Assembly: GCF_009914755.1 (NCBI RefSeq)
Contig: NC_060925.1
From: the human T2T-CHM13v2.0 reference genome, Homo sapiens
Reading direction: 5' to 3' (one strand)
Length of the DNA stretch: 64,000 nt
Part shown: positions 45,178 through 61,381 of the stretch, piece by piece
Position numbering within the stretch: position 1 is the first letter of the stretch
Layout: the number at the start of each line of letters is the position of its first letter
Translations under genes and position numbers: made by a program
Notes under the pieces: generated by a model
What the model saw: only the letters and a program-made list of their open reading frames with translations
What the model was told of the DNA's origin: nothing
The model's database searches: none

Positions 45178-48161
45178 TAGTATAGAATATATACACAAAT
45201 AAATGAGAAAAGAGTTTAATCATTTCACTATAAAAAATTATCTAAACACAAAAGAAGACTGCAGTGCAGGAAATGAGGAACAAAAAGCCTATAAGGCATA
45301 TAGTAAACAAATAAGAAATGACAGGAGTAAGTTCCTCTTTATCAGCAATTACTTTAAATGTAAATGAATTAAACTTCCTAATCAAAAGATCAGATTGGTA
45401 GAATGGATTAAGAAAATATGCTCCAATTGTATGCTGTCTACAAAACACTCTCTTTAGATCCAAAGGCAAATATACATTAAAAATAAAATGAGAGAAAAAA
45501 TATTTTATGCAAATAGTAACCAGAAGAGAGCAAATATGGTTGTACTAATTTCAGATGAAATAGACTCTAAGTAAAAAAAAAAATTACGAGAGACAAAGAA
45601 GGACATTATATATTAACAAAAGATTTAACGCAACAAGAAGATGTAACAATTATAAACATTTAAGCACCTAATGACATCTAAGCACCTAATATATATAAAT
45701 ATTTATGTATGAAAAGCTGATGGAATTGAAGGGAGAAATAGGGAGTTCTACAATAATAGTTGGAGACTTCACTATCCCACTGTCAAAAATAGATAGAAAA
45801 ACCAGACAAAAGATAAGTCAGAAAATAGAATACTTGAACAGCACAATGAACCAACTAGATCTATCAGACATTTATGTAACACTGTACTCAACCATAACAG
45901 CATACACATTATTCTCAAGTGCAAGTGGGACATTTTCCAGATTAGAACACAAACTAAGTCTCAGTAGATTTAAAAATATAGATATCATACAATGTATCTG
46001 CTCTGCCCAAAACAGGATGAAATTAGATATCAATAACAAAAGTAAAATTGGAAAGTGCATAAATTTGTGGATATTAAAAAACGTGCTCTTAAACAATCAA
46101 TGGATTAAAGAAGAAATAGCAAAGAAAATTTGAAATTACTTAGCAACAATTGAAAATGGAAACAAAACATACCAAAGTTTATGGAATGGAGCTAAAGCAG
46201 TGTTAAGGAGAAAACTTCTACCTATAAACACATTAAAAAACAAGAAAAATCTCAATCAACAATCTAACTTTACAACTTAAGGAACTAGAAAAAGAAAAAC
46301 AAACAAAACTCCAAGTGAGCAGAGGAAGAAAATAATAAAGATTAGAACAGAGATCAGTGAAACAAACAATAGAAAAACAATAGAGAAAATCAATAAAATT
46401 AAAAGTTGGCTTTTTGGAAATTTAACAAAATTGACACACCTTTAGCTAGATGGACTAAGAAAAAAGGAAGAAGACTCAAGTTACTAAAAATCAAACGAAA
46501 GTGGAGACATTACTACTCATTCTATAGAAATAAAAAGGATTAGAGGTACTATAAACAATTGTACATCAACAAATTGGATAACTTAAATGAAATGGTTTGT
46601 GAACACAAAATCTATCACAATTAAATTAAAAGGAAACAGAAAATCTTATTAAAGTAAGGATATTGAAGCAGTAATCAAAGATCAACTAACACAGAAAAGC
46701 TCTGGACTTGAGGCCTTCACTACATTGGTAACTTTTTAAAGAAGAACTAAAACAAATTCTTCTCAAACTTTTTCAAGAATTTGAAAAGGAGAAAACTCTT
46801 CCTACCTCCTTCTCTAAGTCCAATTTTACCCTGATACCAAAGCCAGACAAAGACAGCAGAATAAAAGAAAACTACAAACCAATATCCTTTATTAACATTG
46901 ATGCAAAAATCCTCAATAAAGTGATTACAGACTGAAATCAGCACCATGTTATAAAGATTATACAATATGACCATGTGAGATTTGTTTCTGGAATGTATAA
47001 ATGGTTTAATACGTAAAAATTGATCAATATAATATAACACATTAACAAATGAATGGAAGGAAACACAAACACCTCAATTGATGAAGAAAAAGCATTTGGT
47101 AAAATTCAACACTCTTGCATAATAAAAACTTAACAAACTATTAACAGAAGGAAACTATCTCAACTTAATAAAATTTGTACGTAAAAAATCCACTGTAAAC
47201 ATTATCAATGGTAAAAGAGTGAAAACTTTTTCTCTAAGATCAGAAACAATGCAAGAATACCCACTTTTGACATATCAATTTAACATAGTACTAGAAGCCC
47301 TAGTCAGAGAAATTAAGCAACAAACAGAAACACAATGCATCCAAATTGGAAAGAGAGAAGTAAAATTATCTCTATTCACAGACTATATAATTGTATATGT
47401 ATAAAACACTGTAGATTCCACTGAAAGCTGTCAGAACTATTAAATAAATTCTGCAAAGTAGCAGGATACAAAGTAAACACAAAAGAAGTTACATTTCTAT
47501 ATACTAACAATGAATAATCTGAAAAGACAATTATAAAAACAATTTCATTTACAATACCTCAAAAAGAAAAAAATACTTAGAAATTAATTTAACCATGGAA
47601 GTGAAAGACTTGTACAATTAAACTACATAATTTTCCTGAAAGAAATTAAGGACAGCATAAGTAAATGGAAACATATTCTATATTCACGAAATGGGAGACT
47701 TACTATTTTTAAGATGTCAGTATACCCAATGCCATCTACAGATTAAATGCATTTCCTACCAAAATTTCAATGGCATTTTTTGAAAAAGTAACAAAAATTC
47801 ATTCTAAAATTTATATGAAATATTAAGGAACCCCAAATAACCTAACAATCTTGAAACAGAAGATCAAAGATGGAGGATTTACACATACTGATTTGGAAAC
47901 TATACTACAAAGCTATAATAAAGCACTGTGGTATTGACATAATTATAGGCATACAGGCAAATGGAAGAGAATAAAGAATTCAGAAAACAGCTCCAGCATA
48001 TGTAGTTGAATTTTTATAAAGATGCCAAGACCATTCATTGGGAAAAGGACAGTCTTTCCAACAGTGCTGGGAAAACTGAATTTCCACAACAAAACAATGA
48101 AGCTGAACCTTTACCTAACATTATATACAAAAATTAACTCAAAATGGGTCAAAGACTTAAA

Positions 48162-50268
48162 GGCTTGGTGGAAGAAATTTCTAAGCAGCAAAGTATTCAG
48201 GAAGTAGCATGGCTGCTTCTAACAGCCTATGCTCAGATGTGGGAGCAAAAAAAGTAAGTTGGAAATTATATTTAAAGGGAAGCAGAGAGTAAAATTTGAA
48301 AAATTTGCAGCCTAGCCATGTGGCAGAGAAATAAAAAGCTTTTTCAGGAAAGGAGTTCAAACAGGCTCTAGAGAAACGACATTTTAGAGATATTTTCATA
48401 AATAAGAAGAAGCCAAGTGCTGATAGCCAAGACAATGGGATAAAGGACTTGAAAGGATTTTTGAAACCTTCACGTCAACTCCTGCCATGAAAGATTCAGA
48501 GGCCTAGAAGGGGAAAATGGTTTCATACACCAGACCCAGAGCCCTGCTGCCCTGTGCAGCCTCAAGAAACTGCTCTCCAAATCCCAGTTGCACTGTCTTC
48601 AGCATTGACTCAAAGGGCCCCAGATACAGACCCAGCTGCTGCTTTGGAGCATGAAAGCCATAAGCCTTGGCAGTTTCTATGTGGTGTTAAGCCTTTGGGT
48701 TTACAGAGTGCAAGAGTTGAGGCTTGGGAGTCTCTGCCTAGGTTTTACAGTATGTATGAAAAAGCCTGGGTGTCCAGGCAGAAATCTGCTGCAGGGAGCC
48801 CTCATGGAGAACCTTTACCAAAACAGTGCAGAGGGGAAATGTGGGGTTGAAGCTCCCACATAGAGTTCCCACTGGGGCACTGCCTAGTGGAGGTGTGGGA
48901 AGAGGGCCATCATCTTCCAAATCCGAGAATGGTGGATACACTCACAGCTCACACCCTTCACCTGGAAAAGCCACAGGTGCTCAACTCCAGCTCATAAGAG
49001 CAGCAGTGAGGGCTGAACCTTGCAAAGACACAGGGATAAAGTTGTCCAACGCCTTAGGAGCCCATCTTATTCACCAGTGTACCCTGGATGTGGAACATAG
49101 AGTCAAAGAAGATTATTTTGGAGCTTTAAGATTTAATGACTGTGCTGATGGGTTTTGAACACACATAGGGCCTGTAGCCCCTTTCTTTTTTCTAATTTCT
49201 CCCTTTTGGAACGGGAATATTTACCTAATGCTTATACTTCCATTATACCTTGGAAGTAACTAACTTATTTTTTATTTTACAAGCTCATAGGTAGAAGGAA
49301 CTTGCCTTGTCTAAAATGCCACTTTGAATTTTTGATTTTAGAGTTAATGCTGAAATGGGTTAAGACTTTGAGGGGCTATTGGTAAAGCAATGCATTAGTC
49401 TATTCTCACACTGCTAATAAAGACATACCTGAGACTGGGTAATTTATAAAGAAAAGAGGCTTAATTGACTCACAGTTCAGCATGGCTGGGGAAGCCTCAG
49501 GAAACTTACAATTATGGTGGAAGTGGAAGCAAACATGTTCTTCTTCACATGCCAGCAGGAAGGAGAATGAGAACTGAGCAAAGTGGGAAGTCCCTTACAA
49601 AACCATCAGATCTTGTGAGAACTCATTCACTATCACAAGAACAGTATGAGGGAACATGATCCCATGATTCAATTATTTCCACCTCATCCCACACTTGATA
49701 TGTGGGGATTATTACAATTCAAGATGAGATTTTGGGTGGGTACACAGCCAACTATATCAGTCAATGACTGTATTCTGAAATGTAAGGAGAACATGAGATT
49801 TGGGAGGGGCCAGGGGTGGTATGATATAGTCTGGATATTTGTCAATGGCCAAATCTCATGTTGGATTGTAATCCCTAATGTTGAAGGTGGGGCTGGATAG
49901 GAAATAATTGGATCATGGATGGGTGGATTTCTCATGAATGGTTTAGTACCATCTTCTTGGTGCTCTCATTGTGATAGTGAATAAGTTCTCACAAGATCTC
50001 ATTGTTTAAAAGTGTGTGGTGTCTTCTCTCTCTTTCTCTCTCTGTGTGTGTGTGTGTATCTCTCTCTCTTGCTCCTGCCACATGGGACACCTGCTTCCCC
50101 TTTGTCTTCTTCCATGATTTTAAGTGTCCTGAGGCCTTCCTAGAAGCAGATGTCTGTGTTATGCTTCCTGTACAGCCTGTGGAACCATAAGCCAATTAAT
50201 GCTCTTTTCTTTATAAAATACTGAGTCTCAGGTATTTCTTTATAGCAATGTGAGAACAGCCTAATACA
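48162..50268 (+). mobile_element. MST (MaLR) internal region plus 3' LTR (LTR 49822-50268); 5' LTR missing
   Basis: GAAGAAATTTCTAAGCAGCAAAG internal motif, polypurine tract GGGAGGGGCCAGGGG, LTR TGATATAG...CTAATACA. Confidence 0.88.
49391..49759 (-). mobile_element. THE1 (C/D-like) solo LTR nested in MST-int
   Basis: TGCATTAGTCTATTCTCACACTGCTAATAAAGACATACC...CACAGCCAACTATATCA. Confidence 0.9.
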
Positions 50269-50910
50269 CTCAACATCACTAAACTTTATGGAAATGCAAA
50301 TAAAAACTTCAATGAGATACTTTCTCACACCATTAGAATGACTATTACAAAAAAACAGAAAATAACAAATATTGGCAAAGATATAGAGAAATAGGACAAT
50401 TTAGCACAGCTGGTGAGAATGTGATATGAGGCACCTGTTGTAGAAAGCAGTATTAAATTTCCTTAAAATTTAAAGATAGAGTTACCATATGACACAGCAA
50501 TTCCACTTCAAATTATATAACCAAAAGAATTGAAAGTAGAATCCCAAAAAAACAAATGTGCATCCATGTTTACAGCAGCATTATTCACAATAACTAAAAC
50601 ACTGAAGCAATAAAGTGTCCATTGGTGCATGAATGGATAAACAAAATGTGTTATAGGCATATGATGGAATATCATTCAGCCTTTAAAAGGAAATTATTAT
50701 TTCATTTTATTATTAAATTATTTTCTATTATTATTAAAATATTAATAACATGGATGAACCTTGAGGACATTAATGTTTAGTAACATAAGTAAGCCACAAA
50801 AAGGCACATATTGTACAACTCCACTTATGTGAGGTACTTAGAGTAGTCAAAATCATTGAAACAGAAGTAGAGTGGTGGTTCCCAGGAACTAGGGAAAGGA
50901 AGAAATGGAG

Positions 50911-53210
50911 TCATGTGGTTTGGCTGTGTCTCCACCCAAATCTCATCTTGAATTGTAGTTCCCATAATCTCCATATCCCATGGGAGGGACCCAGTAGGAG
51001 GTAATTGAATCACAGTGGAGGTCACCCTCATGCTGCTGTTCTCATGACAGTGAGTGAGTTCTCATGAGATCTGGTGGTTTTATAAGGAGATTTCTCCCTT
51101 TTGCCTGGCACTTCTTTTTTGCCTTCTACCATGTAAGATGTGCCTTTGCTCCTCCTTCACCTTCAGCCATGATTGTGTGGCCTCCCCAGCCATGTGGAAT
51201 TGTGAATTCATTAAACCTCTTTTCCTTTATAAATTACCCAGTCTCAGGTATGACTTTATTAGCAGTGTGAGAACAGACTAATACAGTAAATTGGTGCCAG
51301 TAGATTGGGGTGCTGCTGTAAAGATACCCAAAAATGTGGAAGCAACTTTGAAACTGGGTAACAAGCAGAGGTTGGGACAGTTTGGAGGTCTCAGGAGAAG
51401 GTAGAAAAATGTGGAAAAGTTTGGAACTTCCTAAAGACTTGTTGAATGGCTTTGACCAAAATGCTGATAGTGATATGGACAATAATATCCAGGCTGAGAT
51501 GGTCTCAGATGGAGATGAGGAACTTGTTGGGAACTGCAGTAAAGGTCACTTTTGGTATGCAAAGAGACTGATGGCATTTTTTCCTTGCTCTAGAGATCTG
51601 TGGAACTTTGAGCGTGAGAGAGATGATATAAGGTGTCTGGCAGAAAAAAAAAATTCTAAGCAGCAGGACATTCAAAAGAAAGCAAAAGTTTGAAAAATTT
51701 GCAACCTGACAATGCAACAAAAAATAAGAAACCATTTTTCTGGGGAGAAATTCAAGCCTGCTGCAGAAATTTGCATAAAATTTGCGTAAGTAACAAGGAG
51801 CCAAATGTTAGTCACCAAGACAATGGGGAAAATGTCTCCAGGGTATGTCAGAGAGCTCCATGGGAGCCCCCTCCATCACAGGCCTAGAGGCCTAGGAGGA
51901 AAAATGATTTTGTGGGCTGGGCCCAGGACCCCTCAGCTGTGTGGAGCCTAGGGATTTGGTGGCCTTGCATCCCAGCTGCTACTGTTGTGGCTAAAAGACA
52001 CCAAGGTACAGCTCAGACCATAGCTTCAGAGGGTGCAAGCCCCAAGCCGTGGCAGCTTCCATGTGGTGTTGAGCCTGTAAGTGCACAGAAGTCAAGAACT
52101 GAGGCTTGGAAACTCTGCCTAGATTTCAGAGGATGTGTGGAAACAAGTAAATGTCCAGGCAAAAGTTTGCTAAAGGGTTGGAGACCTCATAGAGAACCTC
52201 TGCTAGGACAGTGTGAAAAAGAAATGTGGGGTTGGAGCCCCCACACAGAATCCCCACTGGGGCACTGCCTAGCGGATCTGTGAAAAGAGGCCACTGTCCT
52301 CCAGACCCCAGAATGGTAGATCCACCAACAGCTTTTACCAGGTGTCTGGAAAAGTGCAGACACTCAAGACCAGCCCATGAAAGCAGCCAGAAAGGAAGCT
52401 GCACCCTGCAAAGCCACAGGGGAGGAGCTGCCCAAAGCTGTGGGAGCCCACCACTTGCATCAGCACACTTTGGATGTGAGACATGAAGTCAAAGGAAATC
52501 ATTTTGGAACTTTATGGTTTAATGACTGCCCTATTGGATTCTGGACTTGCATGAGGCCTGTAGTCCCTTCATTTTAGCCAATTTCTCCAATTTGGAATGA
52601 GTGTATTTACCCCATGCTTGTACCCCCATTGTGTCTAGGAAGTAACTAACTTGCTTTTGATTTTACATGCTCATAGGCAGAAGGGACTTTTCTTGACTCA
52701 GATGAGACTTTGGACTTGGACTTTTGAGTTAATGCTGGAATGAGTGAAGACTTTGGGGGACTGTTGGGAAGGCATGATGCTGTTGTGAAATGTGAGGACA
52801 TAGGATTTTGGAGGGGCCAGTGGTGGAATGATATGATTTGGCTCTGTGTCCCCACCTAATTATCATCTTGAATTGTAGTGTCCATAATCTGCAAGTGTTG
52901 TGGGAGGCACATGGGAGGCACGATGTGATGTAATTAAATCATGGGAGAGGTTACCCCATGCTGCTGTTCTTGTGATAGTGAGTTCTCATGAGATCTGATG
53001 GTTTTATAAGGGGTTTTTCCTCCTTCTGCTCAGCACTTCTTTGTTGCCTGTTGCCATATAAGACATGCCTTTGCTCCTCCTTCACCTTAAGCCATGATTG
53101 TGAGGCCTCCCAAGCCATGGGAAACTGTGAGTTCTTTAAACCTTTTTTTCTTTATAAATTAATCAGTCTTGAGTATGTCTTTATTAGCAGCATGTGAACA
53201 GACTAATACA
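50911..53210 (+). mobile_element. Full-length THE1 (THE1C-like) MaLR provirus: LTR 50911-51285, internal 51286-52828, LTR 52829-53210
   Basis: Two homologous LTRs ending GACTAATACA, GTAAATTGGT after the 5' LTR, polypurine tract before the 3' LTR, TSD TGGAG/TGAAG. Confidence 0.93.
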
Positions 53211-53289
53211 TGAAGAGTTATTGTTCAATGGATATAGAGATTCATTTATACAAGATGAAAAGAGTTATGGAAACAAACGATGTTTGAAA

Positions 53290-54330
53290 GTTACACATTT
53301 GACAATGAGTTACTATCCAAAATGTATAGAAAACTCAAACAACTCAATAGCAAATAATAATAATGGTAATTTTTAAATGGGCAGACTTGAATAGACATTT
53401 CTCAAAAGAATACATAAAAATGTCCAACAAGTATATGAAAAAAATGCTAATTATCACTAATCTTCAGGAAAATGCAAATCAAAATCACAATAAGATGTTA
53501 TCTTATTATATTAAAATGGTTGCTATTTAAAAAGTCAGAAATGACAAGTGCTGGCAAGGATACAGAAAACAGGAAACCCTTATACACTGAGGGTGGGAAT
53601 GTAAATTAGTCTGTACAACCATTAGGGAAAATAGTTGAAAGGTTCCTCAAAAAATCAAAAATAGAACTATCATGTGATACAGCAATCCCACTACTGGGCA
53701 TATAAACAAAGAAAATGAAATTAGTATGTTGAAGAGATAGCTACACTACCATGTTTATTGTAGACCTGTTCACAATAGCCAAGATATGGAATCAACTAAG
53801 TGTCCATCAATGGATAAATGGATAAAGAAAATGTGGCATATATACACAATGGAGTAGTATTCATCCATTAAAAAAAGGAAATCCTGTTATTTGCAGCAAT
53901 ACAGCTGAACCTGGAAGACATTATGTTAACTAAAATGAGCCAGGTACAGAAAGACAAATGCCATATAATCATTTCTGGAATCTAAAAAAATTGATCTCAC
54001 AGAAGTGGATTGTAGAGTGGCTTCCAGAGGCTGGGGAAGGTGAGCTTGAAGGGAAGATGGGTAGAGTTTGGGCAAAGGATACATAAATACAGTTAGACAG
54101 GAGGAATACATTTTAAAGATCTATTGTACAGCAAGGCAACTATAGTAATGACAATTTACTGTATTCTTATATAATGCAATGAGAGAGAATGTTAAGTGTT
54201 CTCAGCACAGAAAGGATAACTGTGAGGGAATGCAACTGTTCATTAACTAAAATTACCCATTACACACGTACATATAGTACAAAACATCATGTACAAGACA
54301 AATGCCTGCGATCTACCTGTCAAATAAAAA
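53290..54330 (+). mobile_element. L1MA 3' end (MA5-7-like)
   Basis: ORF2 C-terminal motifs, CAGCAATCCCACTACTGGG, 3'UTR CAGTTAGACAGGAGGAATA, AATAAA end. Confidence 0.8.
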
Positions 54331-54339
54331 AGTTTTAAA

Positions 54340-57340
<3,001 letters not shown>

Positions 57341-57359
57341 ATAATTTTTTTGCTACTCT

Positions 57360-58399
57360 TTTCTTCTATTTGATTAAAAATACAACTGCATAAAGAAATA
57401 ACTACAAAGATGTGTTGATAAATTTGTATAAAGATGTTATATGTATGACAATAATTGTGCAAAGAAAGATGAGAGAATGGAGTCATATTTGAGCAGTTTT
57501 TGTACACTAAGCAAATTAATAGGAATAGGAATAAGAAATAGATTATTGTAAGGTAAAAAGTTAATTATAATCCTTGGAGCAACCACTAAGAAAATATTTA
57601 AATATTTAAATGTAGTAAAAAAGTTACTTAAAATGTGAAACTAGAAAATATCTTTTTAAATGTAAAAAAGGCAATAATGGAAGACTAGAGGAGCAAAAAG
57701 GCATGACATACAGAAAACAAATGATAAAATGGTAAATGTAAATTCTACCTGTTCAGTAACTATATTAAAGAGAAATAAGTTAAATCATCCAATTAATAGG
57801 CAGAGATTGACAGAATAGATTTAAAAATATGACTCAACTGTATGTCTGTCTACAAGAGACAGACTCCAGATTCAAAGACATAAACAGGTTATAAGTAAAA
57901 GGGTGGAATAAAATATGTCATGTAAACAGTCACTTAAAAAGATCTGTGGCTATGTATTAATATCAGACAAAATAGATTTCAAGGCCAAAATGTTATAAGA
58001 GAAAAGAAAGATACTTTATAGTTGTAAAAGTTCAATTCATCAGGAAGACTTAACGCTTGTAAATTAAATATGCACCTAAAAATAGAGCATCAAAATACAT
58101 GAAACAAAAACTGACAGATTTGGGCTGGGCGGGATGGCTCATGCCTGTAATCCCAGCACTTTGGGAGGCTGAGGCGGGCAGATCACTTGAGGCCAGGAGT
58201 TCAAGACCAGCGTGGCCAACATGGCGAAACCCCGTCTCTACCAAAAATACAAAAATTAACTGGGGGTGGTGGCATGCACTTGTAATCCCAGCTACTCAGG
58301 AGGCTGAGGCAGGAGAAGCACTTGGACTCAGGAGACGGAGGCTGCAGTGAGCTGAGATTGCACCACTGCACTCCAGCCTAGGTGACAGAGATTCTTCCA

Positions 58400-58437
<38 letters not shown>

Positions 58438-59475
58438 CAAACGCTTATCTAGACTAACCAAGAAGAAAAGAGAGAAGATGCAAATCACTAAAACAAGGAA
58501 TTAAAGAGAGTACATCTTAAGTTTCCTGTGTGGTTACTAAAAACAAATAAGTAAATAAATACTAAAAAGTGGACATCATCTTTAAAAAATACAAACTATA
58601 GAAATACATTTAAGAAGGAATAGAAAATCTGAATAGTCCTCTAACAAGTAAAGACATTGCATCAGTAATGAATAAGCTTCTCATAAAGATAGGTCAGGCC
58701 CAGATGGCTTCACTTGCAAAGTGTAGCAACATTAAATAATTCATATCAATCCTTCATACACTCTTCCAAAAAAAAAGAGAAAATACTTCCCAACCCATCC
58801 TATGAGGCCATTATTATTTCTTGATACCAAAACCAATGACATCACAAAAAAAAAACTGTAGATCCATATTTTTTCAGAATATAGATATAAAAACTTCAAT
58901 AAAATACTAGCAAACTGAACCCAGTAACAATTCCATATTTAGGCATATATCCAAAAGAAATAAAAACATACTTCCACACAGAAACTTGCAGACAAATGTT
59001 CATAGCACCATTATATTTGTAATAGCCAAAAAATGTAAACAACACAATTTTCTGACAACTGATTAATGGATAAGCAAATGTGACATATGAAAAATTATTC
59101 TGCAATAAAAAGGAATGAAATATTGATTCATGCTGCAACATGGATGAACCTTGAAAATATTATGCTAAGTGAAATAAATTAGTCACAAAGAACCATGTGT
59201 GTTATGATTCCATTTATATGAAATGTCCAGACAGGCAAATCTACAGAAACAGAAAATAGTTTAGTGTTTGTCAATGGCTGAAGGCAGGAGAGAAATGGAG
59301 GATGGCTGCTAATGGATACAGGGTGTTTTGGAGGTGGTGAAAATGTTCCGAAATTAGATAGTAGTAATAGTTATAGAACTTTGTGAATGTACTAAAAACC
59401 ACTAAATTTTGCACTTTAAAAAGTTAAATGTTATGTTAGGTGAATTACAACTCAATAAGGCTATTATTTTAAAAT
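57360..59475 (+). mobile_element. L1MB (MB7/8-like) element with internal deletions
   Basis: Endonuclease start (TGTCTACAAGAGAC, ATATCAGACAAAATAGATTT), CAGGCCCAGATGGCTTCACT, 3'UTR ATGGATGAACCTTGAAAATATTATGCTAAGTGAA. Confidence 0.8.
58123..58435 (+). mobile_element. AluS (Sz-like), A35 tail, no TSD
   Basis: GATCACTTGAGGCCAGGAGTTCAAGACCAGC...; flanks share no direct repeat. Confidence 0.93.
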
Positions 59476-60684
59476 ATCCCATTTAAATAACAACAGAACA
59501 CCTGAGCATCTTATGAAAACATAACAAAAATACACAATATCATTATGTAAAATATTATGTAACTTTAATGAAGGAGATAAATGAAGAGACATATCCATTG
59601 ATGGCTTCTCTTTAAAGTAGACAAAGATGTCAACTCTTTCTGAATCAATCTACAAATTCAGTGCAACCCTAAAAAATAAACCATGTGAGATGTTGCATGA
59701 ATACTAACTCTAAAATTAGTTCAGAAGTGTAAACTCATTCCTTTAACAAGTATTTACTGAGTACTTATACTATGTCAAGCATTATTAAAGTTGTTAAGAG
59801 TATAATAATTGAAATAATAAGCTTTCATGGAACTTATATTTAGTAATGCACTAAAATAGACAAGACTTTTAGAAAAAAATTACAATGAGTTTCTTGATCT
59901 AGCAGATATCAAGATATATATAATCAATCAATATTCATTAAAGAAGCATAAAACTGGCACAAAAATAGCCAAAATAGATTTATACAACAGAATGTAACTC
60001 AAAAACAGATGTGTACACATACACTAATTTGGCATATGAGAAAGAGAAAAGGAATATGATTAAATAGACACTGCTTTGATAAGTGCGAACATGAATCTCT
60101 CTTTGAATAGATTTTTTTAAATGAACTTTTTGGCTCTGAACTCCAGTGTGCTTAGAACATGCAACTATAAAAAAAAAAAATCCATCCAGTTGTTTATCTC
60201 CCTGCTCGACATCAGCAGTCCGAAGAAAGGGTCTCAACTGATTATCAGCTGATGCTATGAAGCAAAACGTAGACTCTAGTTTGCTGGTTGGGGTCAAGGA
60301 ACAAGAGAAAATCAGCAGGAAAACAAGTTTTGGAAAGCCCAGCTCTCACTCATATACTGAGCACTAATGGGTAAGAAATCCCTCTTAGAATCTCCTGACC
60401 CAAATCCCATTTCTTCCCCATCTTCCACTCAGGCATTCTTCTTTCTGATGCTTCTTTTAACAGGCCAAGAAATGCTCAAAGACAATAGAGGTCTGTGACC
60501 TTCTTATTAGTTTTGTTTGCTCACAACTCCCAAGAAGTGATGCTTCCTCATCCCCACTTCAAGTTTTTTGCATTTTGTTTTTCTTTTCTTTTTTTTTATT
60601 CTAAAACTGAGTGTGGTCAGTGTAAAGAGTGGGAGCATTAGTAAATACAGCTCATAGCAAGCAATACACTTAAACACTAGTCTA

Positions 60685-61140
60685 AGTGTGCTCAAAGAGT
60701 AGTGGGAAGATCTCTTCCAGGGGGTCTATGAGATCAAACTGTTTTCATGATAATACTGATATTATTTACCTTTTTCATTCATTCTCTCATGAGACAGGAG
60801 TTTTCCAGAGGCTACATAATATGTGATATGGCAACAGATTGGATATAGAAGCGCACATAATAATCCAGCTGTCTTCTATTAAACCAGACATTAAAGAGAA
60901 TTGCAAAAATGTAAAGTAGTGCCACTCTTCTAAATATTTTGTTGTTTTGGTTATTTTTCATAAAAATGTTATTTATGTTAACACATAATAGGTTCATTGT
61001 TATTTTCAAATAAATTAACAGTTTTAAAATTATCCATTTTAATTTCTACTACAGTAAAATAACATGGACAAAAGTTCATAGGGTCCCCAATAATTTTTAA
61101 GAGTTGAAAGAGTTCCCATGATCAAAATGTTGGTAGCCTT
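60685..61140 (+). mobile_element. MER119-like hAT-Charlie element
   Basis: CAGGGGGTCTATGAGATCAAACTGTTTTCATGATAATACT...GAGTTTTCCAGAGGCTACAT. Confidence 0.75.
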
Positions 61141-61381
61141 GAAGGTCTCCAACCTACTAAGAGCCAGCCGTGGCAGAGTAGCACAAACAGGTAATAAAGC
61201 CCTCAATAGACATCGCTTGGAAAACTGAGGGAATAAAATGATTAATATACTAGATTGTGGAGAATAATAGTTTAAATTAGATAATGTGTATAAAATTTCT
61301 AGCAAAGCTCTTAATGCATAGACAATAATTAATGCATAAGTGCTTTCTTCTCTGACTTTGGAATAAGAACCACCAGGCTCA

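Larger units (their letters stand above)
39150..53272 (+). mobile_element. Near full-length old L1 (L1M3/M4-type 5'UTR, ORF1, ORF2 from 45318, L1MB-like 3' end) split by nested insertions
   Basis: GGGGAAGATGGCTGAGTAG 5' start; ORF1 about 39890-42130; MTGVSSSLSAITLNVNELN at 45318; IIVGDF; 3' pieces at 50269-50910 and 53211-53272. Confidence 0.75.

Noticed and set aside
48554-52577. Cluster of overlapping 60-120 aa ORFs as a novel operon-like system
   Set aside because: All lie within GC-richer MST and THE1 MaLR internal or LTR sequence.
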